A stretch of DNA of 64,000 bases, taken from NCBI GenBank assembly GCA_963845755.1, contig CAWJTV010000042.1, positions 128,001 to 192,000 of the forward strand. The letters run 5' to 3'. A program made the position numbers and the translations under genes. Origin of the DNA: an uncultured Planctomycetota bacterium (GTDB taxonomy: Bacteria; Planctomycetota; Planctomycetia; Isosphaerales; Isosphaeraceae). The notes under the pieces are model-generated. The model did no database searches. It worked only from the letters and a program-made list of their open reading frames with translations, and was not told where the DNA came from. Position 1 is the first letter of the stretch, and each line of letters begins with the position of its first letter. Shown here piece by piece: positions 22,482 through 34,000 of the stretch.

Positions 22482-23465
22482 TCATGCCGTCCGAAGCGTC
22501 TTCTCCCGGTCCATCTGCATGGCCTGCGCCTCGTGGCCGTCCAGGAGCACGCGGAGTAGAGCGGAGTTGGCCCTGCGATTGCGATCGGCGGCGTCCGCCG
22601 GATTGAGTTTTGGACTGGGGTGGTCCAGGCGGTCGCAGAGCCGGTTCAGCCAGTGCCCGAGCCGGACCGGCGACCAGTCGCCCAGCACATCGGCGCCGGC
22701 CAGCCGTCCTCCAGCAGCCGACAGGAACGTTTCGACCGTCGCCATGGCATCCGGCAGCCGGAGCAACCCAGAATCCCAGTTCACCGCCGCATCCTCGGGT
22801 GTCAGGACGTCCTTGTCGATCGAGATGTACAGGGGATACCGACGCAGCTCGTCCTGGAACGGCATGAGGCCGGCGCGCAACGCCGCCACGGGCGGGTTGC
22901 CGCCGGCCAGGAGGGGGCGTACCGAGATCCTCGACCAGCCGCCGCGCACAAATCGCCGGCGCGCCGGGAAGACCACGACCCGGCCGTCCACAATCTCGGG
23001 CCAGGGGGCGAGCCATCGGTACGTGTTGTCGAAATCGGTCTCACCGCCGCAGAGGAAGGCCCGCTTCAACCCCGGGAGTCTAAGCGCATGGCTCAGCCAG
23101 GTCCCGCAATGGAGGAACGGGATGCCCCGCATCCAGTCCGGGTGCTTGTCGAGGACAAGCAGATTGAACGGTCCACGTATCCGGCCCAGCAAGGCGAGCG
23201 TGACGTGATGGAAGTCACCGGATCCGTAGAGCGTCACCGTAGGGCTGCGGTCGGGGAGCGAGTCCGCAAGCCATCTGCGGAACCGGTCGAAGGTCCCGAA
23301 GGCACAGGCCAGGCGAATCCGTCCGCCCCATTCCCGGGCCGGTACCCAGTTGACCCCCTCATCAGGGAACGCATCGGCCTGTGGGGCCAGGCTTCCATCC
23401 AAATCGAGGATCCGGATGCGCGGCACGGGATCGATCCTCCGCGGAGGAAAGTGCGATGAGTTCAA
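22482..23465 (-). CDS. Arginase/ureohydrolase-fold protein
   Basis: GSGDFHHVT, LVLDKHPDW, HCGTW and YISIDKDVL motifs; the real start may be the GTG near 23426. Confidence 0.8.
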   Translation of the reverse strand: MNSSHFPPRRIDPVPRIRILDLDGSLAPQADAFPDEGVNWVPAREWGGRIRLACAFGTFDRFRRWLADSLPDRSPTVTLYGSGDFHHVTLALLGRIRGPFNLLVLDKHPDWMRGIPFLHCGTWLSHALRLPGLKRAFLCGGETDFDNTYRWLAPWPEIVDGRVVVFPARRRFVRGGWSRISVRPLLAGGNPPVAALRAGLMPFQDELRRYPLYISIDKDVLTPEDAAVNWDSGLLRLPDAMATVETFLSAAGGRLAGADVLGDWSPVRLGHWLNRLCDRLDHPSPKLNPADAADRNRRANSALLRVLLDGHEAQAMQMDREKTLRTA

Positions 23466-23631
23466 ACCGAACGGCGAGGTTTCGTCCTGGCCCCATTGAA
23501 AACCAAAACCGATGCCGGCTCGGGCCGGGGTCTTGTCCGACCCAGCGATCCAGTTCTCCCCGGTTCAAGAGAATCGCCGGAGACGACGAAATTAGTCGGG
23601 GTTTCCCTCTCTATCGGTCAGGAGCTCAAGG

Positions 23632-24360
23632 ATGGGCCACAGTATTCTAGGAATAATCGCTATTTCCCTCCTGGCCGGCTCACCGTTGCCGGAGTCTTAT
23701 GTCTATCAGCCGGCCTATTGTCTGGAGGATGTCCTCATCGGCTCGCCCGAATTCTACGTGCCGCAACCCGGGGACATCTTCCTCGCGACCGACGAGTCCT
23801 TTTGGCTCCGTCTCGGCCACGCGGGCGTCGGTGGGGCTGGAGTGCACCACTCGGGCTTCGTCTTCGCCCGGCCGGACGGGAGCCTGGGACTGATCGAGGC
23901 CGGCCCGTTCAACGAACTAGTGATCCGCATCATGAATCCATACCAGCACATGTCCAATCATGTGAATGGCGGAACCCGAGTCTGGGTCCGCCGGCGGCGG
24001 GTGCCACTGACTCCCGAGCAATCCGCCCGTCTGACGGCATTTGCCAGCGCGCAGGAGGGGAAGCCGTTCGCCCTCGCGCGCGGCCTCAACTTCATGATGC
24101 CCTTCAGCCGGCGCGGCGCGCTCCGCACGCCGTTCGTCGGCCGTGTTCATGGCAATCGTCCGCGTTTCTTCTGCTCGGAGCTGGTCGTGGAGAGCTTCGT
24201 GTACGCCGGGCTGATGGACTGCGAGACCGCCCGGCCCTCGGCGACGCTCCCGCGAGACCTCTTCTTCGGCCACTCCCGCGTCCCCTATCTCGACCGCCAC
24301 TTGAACATGGATTCCGGCTGGTATCCCCCTGCGCGGTGGCTTCCCGGGCAACCGAAATGA
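23632..24360 (+). CDS. Secreted permuted papain-like (YiiX/NlpC-P60 permuted) amidase
   Basis: QPGDIFL...HHSG...IEA...FFCSELV, His-before-Cys order; N-terminal signal peptide. Confidence 0.7.
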   Translation: MGHSILGIIAISLLAGSPLPESYVYQPAYCLEDVLIGSPEFYVPQPGDIFLATDESFWLRLGHAGVGGAGVHHSGFVFARPDGSLGLIEAGPFNELVIRIMNPYQHMSNHVNGGTRVWVRRRRVPLTPEQSARLTAFASAQEGKPFALARGLNFMMPFSRRGALRTPFVGRVHGNRPRFFCSELVVESFVYAGLMDCETARPSATLPRDLFFGHSRVPYLDRHLNMDSGWYPPARWLPGQPK

Positions 24361-24674
24361 TCGGAACGGCGGCTTGGCCGCATCGTTGTCCCATCTTGTA
24401 CCGCCACCACTTCGAACGGCCGTCAATGCATCAGCTACCCGCTCGGTCGTCCCGACCGGCACAACCGCGACAGACCGCATCACCACGGTGACTTTGATTG
24501 ATGTTTCCGGGAGAGATCCGACGAAGTCATCTGCGGATGGCCGGGGTCCCGGCGGCGACCGCGACAGGACGCCGTGGGGCTGATCGAGGTAAGGAATCGG
24601 CGACCGGCCCGAGACGCGCGGCCGAGGATGGTCAAAACACAGCAAGCCCGCCACCAGGGTATGGGAGGACCGTG

Positions 24675-24875
24675 ATGAGCTATCGTCGGTCCGTAATCGT
24701 TGCGATGCTGGGCGTCGTCCTGCTCGGCACCGTCGGTTGTGACATGGGGACGCCGCCGAGCGGCTCCCGAGCGATTGTCGCCGCGCATTACCTCGAGCGG
24801 CAGCGGGCCAAGATTCAGCAAATCCGGTCGAGCATGAAGACTCGTGCTCTCAGCAGTTCGATGGCGGGTCACTGA
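24675..24875 (+). CDS. Small lipoprotein
   Basis: MSYRRSVIVAMLGVVLLGTVGC lipobox-like signal; GGAGG RBS upstream. Confidence 0.65.
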   Translation: MSYRRSVIVAMLGVVLLGTVGCDMGTPPSGSRAIVAAHYLERQRAKIQQIRSSMKTRALSSSMAGH

Positions 24876-25026
24876 CCTCGCCCGATCATCCCCGGCGCGG
24901 CACTCTCTCAATGCCCTGCTCTAGCCCTCCTGCTGCCGGTCCCTTACCAGTTTTCGTCTTTTCCGTTCCAGAGGCTCCGCTCCAGTCGGCTCATCCCGTG
25001 CGGGATGGCCGTCGCGGCCACCAGGA

Positions 25027-26907
25027 TCATGCCGTTGACGATCCGGGATGGTCCGTTACCACGAGGCTTTGTCGTGATGCGGGTGGTTCCAGAGGAGACC
25101 GCGCCAAGATGAGATCGGGCTTCGCCGCGCCCGAAAGCGGAGGGCGGTCCAGCCAGCGGTCGAACCTATGGACGACCCGAAATGTCAGCACAAGCGCCGT
25201 GAGGAGGTAGAGCGTCACGAGGACCGAGGTGAGTGGGGTCGATAGAGTTGCCGGGATGGAGCTCAGGTCCCTACCCAGCCAGGATGTCTTCGCAACCATC
25301 TGCTGCGGCACCAGTGGACCGGCCGCGAGCATCGGCATGGCCCCCAGCACAGCGAATGACGAGTTCCAGGAGAAGCCTGCCAGCAGGCAGAGGATCAAGA
25401 GGACAGGGTATCCGTTAATCACGGACAGGGTAACGATCGTCGACGCCACGGCCCTCGAAGTACTGGGGGAGCGTATCGAAGCGTGCATCCCGATCGCCGC
25501 GGCCAGCCAGGTCAGCAAGGCGACGACGGCGATCGAGGCCAGGATTCGCGTGGGCTGGACCACCCCCGTGACCAGGGTTACCGACCAGAGGAAGACCAGC
25601 ACGGCCCCGAAGCCGCGCTGGTTCCAGATGGCCCCCAGCACCTTCGCGCGGACGATCTCCCAGCCGGTCAGTGGGGTCGCGGTGAGGCTCACCCAGGTAT
25701 CCTCCTCGCGCTCGATCGTCACGCTCGACGCACAGGCCCCGGCGACCGCCAGCAGCCAGAAAGCGGCGTACCAGCCCACGTCCACCTGCAACGCCCAGAC
25801 GAGATTTGCTCCTCGGAACGCACTGCCGCGCCATCCACTCCTCCAGAGGTCGAGAAGCACACCGGTGATGTTCCCCTCGATCTCGGTCGCGAGGGCCAGC
25901 GGGAGGGTCACGATGATAATCGCGGGCAGGAGCACCATCTTGGTGAAGAGATCGGTCGGCGCGAAGTACCGTTCTTTCCAGAGGACCGCATCGTCGCCAC
26001 AGGCGGGTCGATCGAGCCATCGCGGTCGTCGCGAGCGGGACGGCACTGAGCGGAACCAGGTCCGACGGGCCGGCGTATCCTCCTGGCGGCGAAACGTCGG
26101 TCGGAGCCGCCAGATGGCCAGGAGGAGCATGAGCGCGGCGCCGCCAAGTTGGAGCTCGACCCTCCCGACGAACTCCTCGAGCGACATCGACGCAACGAAT
26201 CCCAGCATCGATGGCCGGAGCGCCCCCTGGAGCCCGATGTCGACCGGGCTCGAATACGCCAGCCATTCGAACGCAGGGCCGGTCCAGGCATAGATCGCCG
26301 GGTACAGAGCCTGCACGACCATACCGATCAGGGTCGGCAGGAACAGCCAGGCCAGCATGAGCGTGTAAGAGATGATGACCGCCTGCCGGACCCCTCGCGC
26401 GAGCGTCGAGATCAAGACCGTCAGAGCCATGGCGAATGCGGCCGTCGAGAAAGACCCCACATAAGCGAATAGGACATACTCGATCGGGATACCACCGAAG
26501 AACCCCCTGAGGATGCCCACGATCGGCAGACCCATCGCCAGGAAGACGCACAGGTGCGGCACCCGGCCCAGGACCTTATCGATCACGATCTCGGCAGCCG
26601 AGAGTCGGCTGGCCATCAGGTAATGCATCGTCTTCCGCTGCTTCTCGTCCGTGATCGCCCCGCCGAAGATGGGCGGGATCAGAAGGAGGATGGCGATCAA
26701 TTGCACGGTCGCGAACACGATGAAGGTCTCTTCGGCGAAGCCGGCGACGGCCGCGATCGTCGCCGTCGAGTTTCCCGAGAAGGTCTGCTGATACTTGCTC
26801 CAGACCAGCAGCAACAGGATCGACGCATAGAGGAACCGCAGAACGTAGTAACGTCTCCGGCGAGCCGTGCGGAGCAGCTCGCCACGGAAAACCGGTCCCA
26901 GCAGCAT
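25027..26907 (-). CDS. ABC-2-type transporter permease (two tandem permease halves)
   Basis: GPVFRGELLRTARR, AITDEKQRKTMHYLMASRLS and SVTIEREEDTWVSLTATPLTGWEIVRAK; many TM helices. Confidence 0.88.
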   Translation of the reverse strand: MLLGPVFRGELLRTARRRRYYVLRFLYASILLLLVWSKYQQTFSGNSTATIAAVAGFAEETFIVFATVQLIAILLLIPPIFGGAITDEKQRKTMHYLMASRLSAAEIVIDKVLGRVPHLCVFLAMGLPIVGILRGFFGGIPIEYVLFAYVGSFSTAAFAMALTVLISTLARGVRQAVIISYTLMLAWLFLPTLIGMVVQALYPAIYAWTGPAFEWLAYSSPVDIGLQGALRPSMLGFVASMSLEEFVGRVELQLGGAALMLLLAIWRLRPTFRRQEDTPARRTWFRSVPSRSRRPRWLDRPACGDDAVLWKERYFAPTDLFTKMVLLPAIIIVTLPLALATEIEGNITGVLLDLWRSGWRGSAFRGANLVWALQVDVGWYAAFWLLAVAGACASSVTIEREEDTWVSLTATPLTGWEIVRAKVLGAIWNQRGFGAVLVFLWSVTLVTGVVQPTRILASIAVVALLTWLAAAIGMHASIRSPSTSRAVASTIVTLSVINGYPVLLILCLLAGFSWNSSFAVLGAMPMLAAGPLVPQQMVAKTSWLGRDLSSIPATLSTPLTSVLVTLYLLTALVLTFRVVHRFDRWLDRPPLSGAAKPDLILARSPLEPPASRQSLVVTDHPGSSTA

Positions 26908-27200
26908 GGTCGTTCTCCTAAGAATCCGGCACGATCCGGCTGCGTGAACTCCCCAAACCGTTCACCCGCCCACGCGGTTCCAACCGCCATCCTGAACTTC
27001 AGGTGAGCCGACTGTACGACAATTGTAATTGAATGAGGCCGCCATTCAAAGGCGGCCGATTATCTCGGGCGGTCTTCCCTCTCGTTTGGGTGTGGCTCTT
27101 TGATTCAATTCCGGAAAGTCACGGCGATTGGCATCGAGATTGCTCTTCTTTCGCCAATCGTTTCATGATTTCCCACCACAAAGCTGAATAGGAGCAGTCC

Positions 27201-27362
27201 ATGGCAGCGACGAGGGACAAAGTCAAAGAGACGATCGATGCGGGGGCTGAGAAGGCCAAAGAGGCGACAGATAAGGCTGCCGACAAGGCGAGCCAGGCGG
27301 CGAAGGACCTTGGTAGCAAGGTCGAGCAAGCCGGCCAGAAGATCAAGGATATGGGCGAGTGA
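27201..27362 (+). CDS. 53-aa LEA/CsbD-like general stress protein
   Basis: My translation MAATRDKVKETIDAGAEKAKEATDKAADKASQAAKDLGSKVEQAGQKIKDMGE; AGGAG RBS; below the ORF-track length cutoff. Confidence 0.8.
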   Translation: MAATRDKVKETIDAGAEKAKEATDKAADKASQAAKDLGSKVEQAGQKIKDMGE

Positions 27363-27618
27363 CCTGAGATCCCCAGGTCCGGAGACAGGCCCCTCGCGGT
27401 CCGCCACCTTTCCTGGGGGCCTCATGGAATCCGCAGTTACGACGCGGACGCTTGCTCTACTGAAGCCGCAGTCGGGCGCGCCTGGTTGCGGCCCGTAAGT
27501 TCTCTGTAGGTCGTCGCTCGATGACAGGGCGATGACCGTTCTGTTCTCACGGTGCGATTCCTCGGGAATCGCGACTTCGACGCGGAATACCACTCAAATC
27601 GGGAAGGACAAGTGACCC

Positions 27619-27789
27619 ATGCTCCGTTTCGCAATCGTGTTCGCCGTACTCGCCTTGATAGCCGGAGTGCTCGGCTTCGGAGGATTGGCGGGCGAATTCA
27701 CATACTTCGCGAAGATCCTGCTGTTCGTCTTCCTGGTCCTCTTCGTGATCTCTATGATCTTCGGCCGTCGCGCCGGTCCAGTCGTCTAG
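27619..27789 (+). CDS. DUF1328 (UPF0391/YtjA-like) small membrane protein
   Basis: My translation [64 protein letters not shown]. Confidence 0.9.
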   Translation: MLRFAIVFAVLALIAGVLGFGGLAGEFTYFAKILLFVFLVLFVISMIFGRRAGPVV

Positions 27790-27809
27790 CTCGGAACTCA
27801 GCCACAGCG

Positions 27810-29978
27810 TCATGGGGTTCCGGTCTTCTGACGAATGGTGACCAGCTTCTGCCTCAATCGATCGAGCCGGGGCTTTTCCGCGGGGACTTCGGTCAGGTTC
27901 TGCCGTTGTTCCGGGTCTTCGGCGAGCGCGAAAAGCTCGGCCGGGCGGTCGCTGTAGTCGATCAGGACTCGATCCTCTTCGATGATCGAGTCGATGCGCA
28001 CTACCAGGCTCGTTCGGAAATCCTTCCCCTTGAGCCGCGGCTCCTCCAGTTGAGAGAAGACGGGATCGGGCGTCTCCGCGCCATCCGCGTACCAGTAGCG
28101 CGCGAGGCTTCGACCCGGAAAGGGATTATCCGCTCCGGGAAGGAGCAGGTCGGTCAACGTCCTGGGTAGATCACGCTGAGAGACGGGGATGCGGATCCGA
28201 CGATTGCGTAGCGCGGCATGGGGGTCGTCAACGGAGGGGTCGTGGCCCAGCGGTGGGATCAAGAGCAGCGGCACGTGGGTCAATTCATTGTAGAGGCTGG
28301 ACCCGTGTCCGAACTGGCCGTGCTCGCCGAAATGCTCTCCATGATCGGCCGTGATGACGATCCAGGTGTCGGCCAGCTGGCCGGCATCGCGCAACTTGCC
28401 CAGGAATCGGCCGAGATGGGCGTCCAGCCCGCTGAGGCAATCGTCGTAAAGGTCTCCGAGCCGATGCCGGGCTTGATCCAGTTCTTGTCGGCGCTGCGGC
28501 ATGTGGTCCGGGGTCGCAGCGTCTTGCGCTTGGAGCGCGAGCCAGCCATCCTCGGGCCGGGCGTCCTTCTTCGAAGGGGCCGGGCCAGTCCAGTAGCGTC
28601 GAGGGACATCGGAGTGTGGAAGATACGGGCCATGAACGTCCATGAAATTCAGGAACAGGAAGAACGGCCGGTGTGATTCTCGCGAGGTCGCTTCGCCTCT
28701 CGGACAGACGGAACCCAACCAGGCTCGCCCTTCCGCGGCGATTGCCGGCGCGGATCGCCGGTAGTAGAACGGGTAAGATGGCGGAATGGGAAGACAGAGC
28801 CGGCGACCGATTTCCATCAAACCGCTTCCCACTGCGGAGTTGCTCATGGCCGCCTTGAGACTGATCTCGCGTTTGCAAGGATAATCGACGTACCAGTCGA
28901 ACCCGCGCCCGACTCCATAGGCAGAGTTGCACATCCTCACATTAGCCACGATGCCCGCCGTCGCGTAGCCTTGGCCCTTCAAGTGCTCGGCCAAGGTTGG
29001 AGAAGGCCCGGAATAGGGGCTGTCGATGCAGGCACCATGCTCGGAGGGCCAGAGGCCGGTGAACATCGTCACGTGCGACGGTAAGGTCCACGGCGCGGCC
29101 GAGCGTGCCATTTCAAAGGTGATCCCGAGCCCGGCCCATTTCTCGAGTTCGGGTGTGGTGGATCTTGGATATCCATGGAGGCTCATCCTGTCGGCGCGGA
29201 GCGTGTCCAGGACAATCCAGAGAAGGTTGGGTCTGTGAGCGACGGCTCGTGCGGCGGACGGGCCACGCGCCGAAGCAGACGCGTTCCACTGCCAGGCAAC
29301 ATGGTAGCCCAGCACGATGACGGCGATCCCGGCCGCCCCGTAAACGCACCGCGGCCAGCCGAGGGACGGCCGGACCAAGCATCGCCGAATTCGATATCCC
29401 ACCCCCAACGCAACCGCAAGAGGCGCCGCGAAGTGGAACCCCCGGATCGTCAGCAGTGGCCCCAGGAGGAGCAGCGTGCCCACGACCCACCCGGCCCATT
29501 CCCAAGCCCACCCCGGCGCATTGTGCATCTCTCTCCGTCTTCCACGCCAAGCCACCCAGGCTAGGACGGGCCCCACGAGCACGATGGTCAGGGCGACGAC
29601 GATCGAAGCCCCGGTGATCGGAATCATCCAGCCTACATATCGGCTGATCATGAGGGTGCTCCAGTCCACGTAGCGCAATCCGTGGAGCTGGGCGACGAGG
29701 ACTGAGAGCTCGAGGAACCCCGCGACCGTGCCGATGGCGAGGGCCGCCGCGATCATGGCCGTCGGCGACGGCGCAGGACCCGGCTCGAATGCTGAGGAGG
29801 CCGCTTTCCCAACAAACCCACGCGTGCGGACGCCTCGGTTCAGGACTCGTCGAAAGGCCGTCGAAGGACGATAGGGGGTGACATCATTCGACGAACTCCG
29901 AGAGGACGACCGAGTTCGGGGATGGGTGGTCGCCACTCCATCGGCCGGCTCCGGACCGGGTTCCTCATGTCTGAGCAT
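27810..29978 (-). CDS. Membrane-anchored sulfatase-like / alkaline-phosphatase-superfamily protein
   Basis: N-terminal TM helices; PNLLWIVLDTLRADRMS, WTLPSH, MDVHGPY and ITADHGEHFGEH motifs. Start uncertain (between ~29756 and 30098). Confidence 0.88.
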   Translation of the reverse strand: MLRHEEPGPEPADGVATTHPRTRSSSRSSSNDVTPYRPSTAFRRVLNRGVRTRGFVGKAASSAFEPGPAPSPTAMIAAALAIGTVAGFLELSVLVAQLHGLRYVDWSTLMISRYVGWMIPITGASIVVALTIVLVGPVLAWVAWRGRRREMHNAPGWAWEWAGWVVGTLLLLGPLLTIRGFHFAAPLAVALGVGYRIRRCLVRPSLGWPRCVYGAAGIAVIVLGYHVAWQWNASASARGPSAARAVAHRPNLLWIVLDTLRADRMSLHGYPRSTTPELEKWAGLGITFEMARSAAPWTLPSHVTMFTGLWPSEHGACIDSPYSGPSPTLAEHLKGQGYATAGIVANVRMCNSAYGVGRGFDWYVDYPCKREISLKAAMSNSAVGSGLMEIGRRLCLPIPPSYPFYYRRSAPAIAAEGRAWLGSVCPRGEATSRESHRPFFLFLNFMDVHGPYLPHSDVPRRYWTGPAPSKKDARPEDGWLALQAQDAATPDHMPQRRQELDQARHRLGDLYDDCLSGLDAHLGRFLGKLRDAGQLADTWIVITADHGEHFGEHGQFGHGSSLYNELTHVPLLLIPPLGHDPSVDDPHAALRNRRIRIPVSQRDLPRTLTDLLLPGADNPFPGRSLARYWYADGAETPDPVFSQLEEPRLKGKDFRTSLVVRIDSIIEEDRVLIDYSDRPAELFALAEDPEQRQNLTEVPAEKPRLDRLRQKLVTIRQKTGTP

Positions 29979-30120
29979 TGCTCGCACCCCTTTCCCACTC
30001 AGTGCCGTCTTGCACGGGCAGACTGTTCGGGACCGATCGTGTCTTGGCTCTCGCGATGGCGGCCCACGCCTCCGACGGACGAGATCGAACGAACGCAAAG
30101 CCCTGGTTCACAGAGTTTGC

Positions 30121-30149
30121 ATTAATTTATATAATTATTAATATTTAAT
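30121..30149. promoter_or_regulatory. 29-bp pure A/T tract upstream of the sulfatase-like gene
   Basis: ATTAATTTATATAATTATTAATATTTAAT contains TATAAT and has ATTAA/TTAAT ends, in an otherwise GC-rich genome. Confidence 0.45.
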
Positions 30150-30396
30150 CGGATTCTTCGCGTCTGGTCACGCGACACTGCGGATTCTCGCGTCCGAGCC
30201 GGTTCTCGCGGCGCGCGGAGTCGGCGCCGGCCAGGAATCACCGCCAAGCCGAGGCTTCTCTAAACCGCGAATCGATGGGTCGCCCCGGCGCCGTCCACGG
30301 ATCGCAATACGATCGGCGCGGACGCTCGTGCTCCCGCTTCGCGGGACCATGCCTGACGCGAAGGCGGTCGGGGTGGATTCTCGGACCGTTGAGCCT

Positions 30397-30768
30397 TCAA
30401 CAGAGCAGTCGGCAGAGAAATCGGGGCAGGCTCTCGATCCCGACGGTGCGTCCTGCGTGTTGCGGCGACTGGATGTGGATGTCAGGGCTCGCCGATGGGG
30501 CGAGGGATCGGCCAACGTCAGACTCCGAGTCCGAGTGTGGCTTGCCTTCGGAAGAGGCCGTTGGCATGCCTGTTCGAATCGCTCCGCAGACGTCGTCTGG
30601 GAATCCGTCGTTGTCGGTAGGGGAAGGGACGTTCCGAAGTGTTGAGCAGAGGATCTTCAATGCCATCAACGATGCGAGGTCGTGAGCATCGGGTGTGGCT
30701 CCCTGGATCGCCAGCGCGATCAACAGTGCCTGAATAGGAAGTGCGTTGGGACGTCTTCTCTGAGCCAT
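30397..30768 (-). CDS. Hypothetical exported protein
   Basis: Signal-like N-terminus (IQALLIALAIQGATPD) and C-terminal LCRLLC; co-oriented with the sulfatase-like gene. Confidence 0.55.
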   Translation of the reverse strand: MAQRRRPNALPIQALLIALAIQGATPDAHDLASLMALKILCSTLRNVPSPTDNDGFPDDVCGAIRTGMPTASSEGKPHSDSESDVGRSLAPSASPDIHIQSPQHAGRTVGIESLPRFLCRLLC

Positions 30769-30879
30769 GCACCCAACCTGTCATGTCTGAGTTGAGAATC
30801 CGAGCCCGACCATCCTGGTCGGTGCTGAGGATTATATCGGCAGAGCGAAGTGCTTGCTCCATCAGGATTATCGACTGAT

Positions 30880-30912
30880 ATTGTAAAACCGTGTTAAATT
30901 GTAAAACCGTGT
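30880..30912. promoter_or_regulatory. Perfect 15-bp direct repeat with 18-bp period, candidate operator
   Basis: ATTGTAAAACCGTGT at 30880-30894 and 30898-30912. Confidence 0.55.
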
Positions 30913-31010
30913 GAATTCGTGTCCCCGAGATGGCACGGAAGCCGTCTAATGGTCCGTGATTGTAGGCGAGGGAATCTGTCGAGTGGTGGTTGTCGATTCC
31001 CACGAGCGGT

Positions 31011-34000
31011 TCAGAGGGGTTCCTCATCCCTCGGCTCCGGCCCCTTCGACGGGACCCCGCCCGCGTTGCCCGTGCGGCCAACCAGCGTGGCAACGACGGC
31101 CGTGAGTTCCTCAGGGTCAACCGGCTTGGCCACGTGGACCTGGAATCCGGCAAGCATGGCCCTGCGCCGATCGTCGGAGCGTGCGAAGGCGGTCAGGGCG
31201 ATGGCGGGCAGGTCCCTGGCGTTGAGGCCCCGCCGCGAACCTGGCGAATGAGGTCGAACCCATCGGCATCGGGGAGGCCGACGTCGCTGACCACGACGTG
31301 GAACTTATGCTGGTCGAGCAATCGGAGTGCCTCGGGGACGGAGCCCGCCATCAGCACGTTTGCCTGACTCTCCGCCAGAACACGTTTGATCAACTCGCGC
31401 GCATCGGGCTCGTCGTCGACGACCAACACGCTCACGCCCTGAAGGAAGGCGGGGGCGAACTCCATCTCGGCGGCGACTGGGTCTTTGGGGCGGATCTGCT
31501 GGCGATCCTCTTGGTCGTGAACGACCAGCAATGGGAGGGAGACCGTGAACGTGCTGCCCCGGTTCTCGCCGAGGCTCTTCGCCCGAACCGTGCCCCCGTG
31601 AAGTTCGACCAGTTGCTTGACGATCGACAGCCCCAGGCCCAAGCCCCCATGTCTTCGGGTCGTCGAGGCGTCGGCCTGGCGAAACCGATCGAACACGAAC
31701 GGTAGGAATTCGGGTCGGATTCCGATGCCGGTGTTGACGACCGTGATCTCGACATGCGAGTTGACCCGTTCCAGGAGGAGCTGGATCCGTCCTTCCCTCG
31801 GCGTGAATTTCACGGCGTTGGACAGCAGATTCCAGATGACCTGCTGCAAACGGGCCGGGTCTCCCATCACCGGGCCGGCCAGTGAGTTGACCATCTTGAG
31901 GACTCGGACCCCTCGGGCATCGGCGGCCGGCATGACGGTCGCCATCGACGCATCAATGACCTCGGCGAGGTTGACCTGCTGGATGTCGAGGCGAAGGTTG
32001 CCCGAGATGATCCGGGAGAGGTCGAGCAGGTCCTCGATGAGCTGGGTCTGAATCTTGGCGTTTCGATCGATGGCGTCGAGTCCCTGCTGGATGTCGTCCT
32101 CGTCGAGCTTGCCCGATTGGAGCAACCGCGACCAGCCGACGATCGCATTGAGCGGCGTTCGGAGCTCGTGAGAGAGGGTCGCGAGGAATTGATCCTTCAT
32201 CCGACTCGCCGATTCGGCCTCGGCTCGGGCATCTTGCGCGTTCTGGTAAAGCCGGGCATTGTTCAACCGCTAGGCCGGCGCGGCGGGCCAGTTCCTCGGC
32301 GATGCGCAGGTCGCCCTCCCGGAAGCGACGACCCGATCGGGCAACACGGCCGAGCGACATCGCCCCGAGGACCTTCTCGCGGGCCTTCAGCGGAACGGTC
32401 ATCGAGGATGCGATCCGGAGCTTCCGCAAGAATTGGAGATGCTGGGCATCGATCGATCCGGATCGCAGCCACTCGTCGGTCACTTCGGGATCGTACGCGG
32501 ACCTCCCGCTGGTGAGGACCCGGATGACCGGATGGTCCTTGAACGCCGGCGCCGGGGCGAAGCGGGATATTCCTTCGAGAGTCTCGTTGTCTCCACGCTC
32601 GGTGTAAGCTCGGCCGACCCGCCTGAGGATTCCATCTCGTCCGATCACGTCGAAGACGCAGATGTCCGCCAGCCTCGGAACGATCAGGTCGGAAACGCTT
32701 TGCAAGGTCGTTTCGTAGTCGAGAGACGAAGCGAACGTGGCGCTGGCCTCGGCAAGGATCCGTTCCATCTGCAGGCCCTGTTTCCGCTCGGTGATGTCGC
32801 GGAAATAGACGGCGAGTCCCCCGTCCTTCGACGGATACACCTTGACCTCGAGCCAGCAGTCCCACGGTTCGTGGTGGCTCTCGAATTGGAGGCTGACATG
32901 CTCCGCGAGTGCCCTGCGGAGTTCCTCTTCGAACCGGGTGCCCAGAGAGGCTGGAAACAACTCCCAGTAGACTCGGCCAAGCATCTCCTCGCGCGGTCTC
33001 CGATAAGTCCGCTCGGCCTCCGCGTTCATATAAGTGAGCCGCCAGTCGCGGTCCAGCGCGAGGAATCCGTCGGTGATGCTCTCGAGGATGTTCTCGGCCT
33101 CGGCTCGGAGGTCCCGCTCGCGCGTGGCGGCGATGCGGTGGACGCGGGCCAGCTCCAGGTGGGCGGAGACCCTCGCCAAGAGTTCTCGCGCGCTGAAGGG
33201 CTTGATGAGGTAGTCGTCCGCTCCGGCTTCCAGACCTTCGACCCGAGATTCTTCCCCCGCACGGGCCGAGAGAAGGATCACCGGAATCGCGGCGGTCGCG
33301 GGGCTGCCTCGGAGGGCCCTCAATACATCGAAACCGCTGAGTGACGGCATCATCACATCCGAGAGGATCAAGTCAAAGGGCTGCCGTTGCGCAGCGGCCA
33401 GGGCCTCCTGGCCGTCGTGAACGGCCGTCACGTCATAGCGCCTCGGCCAGGAGCCGCGTGACGTAATCGCGCATGTCGGCGTTGTCGTCGGCCACGAGGA
33501 TTCGCGGCCGATCGACCCCCGGGACGCTCCCGGCAGGATCCTCGTGTCGTGAGATCCCTGCATAATCGGCCCCGATCGGTTCGGACATCGGCACGGCTTG
33601 CAAATCCGGCGGCAGCCATCGCATCGCCTCTTCGACATAAGGGGTCGCCCCCATCGCCGTGGATGCCAGGTACCGTGTTCCCTGGATCCGATCTGCCGGA
33701 AGGTGGTCGGATCCCAGGGGGATCGCCACGGTGAGGGTCGTTCCCGAGCCCAGGACACTCGCGACTCCCACCCGCCCGCCATGAAGGCGGGTCAGTTCCT
33801 GGACCAAGGCCAAGCCGATCCCCGTTCCCTCATGGGTGCGCCCGCGGGCTCCCTCGACACGGTGGAACCGCTCGAATAGATGGGGCAGCTCGTCCGCCGG
33901 GATCCCTGTCCCCGTATCACGCACTCGTAACTCGACCGTGTCGGTCTCTGCATGCAGCGTGACCGCGATCGAGCCTTCCAGAGTGTACTTGAACGCATTC

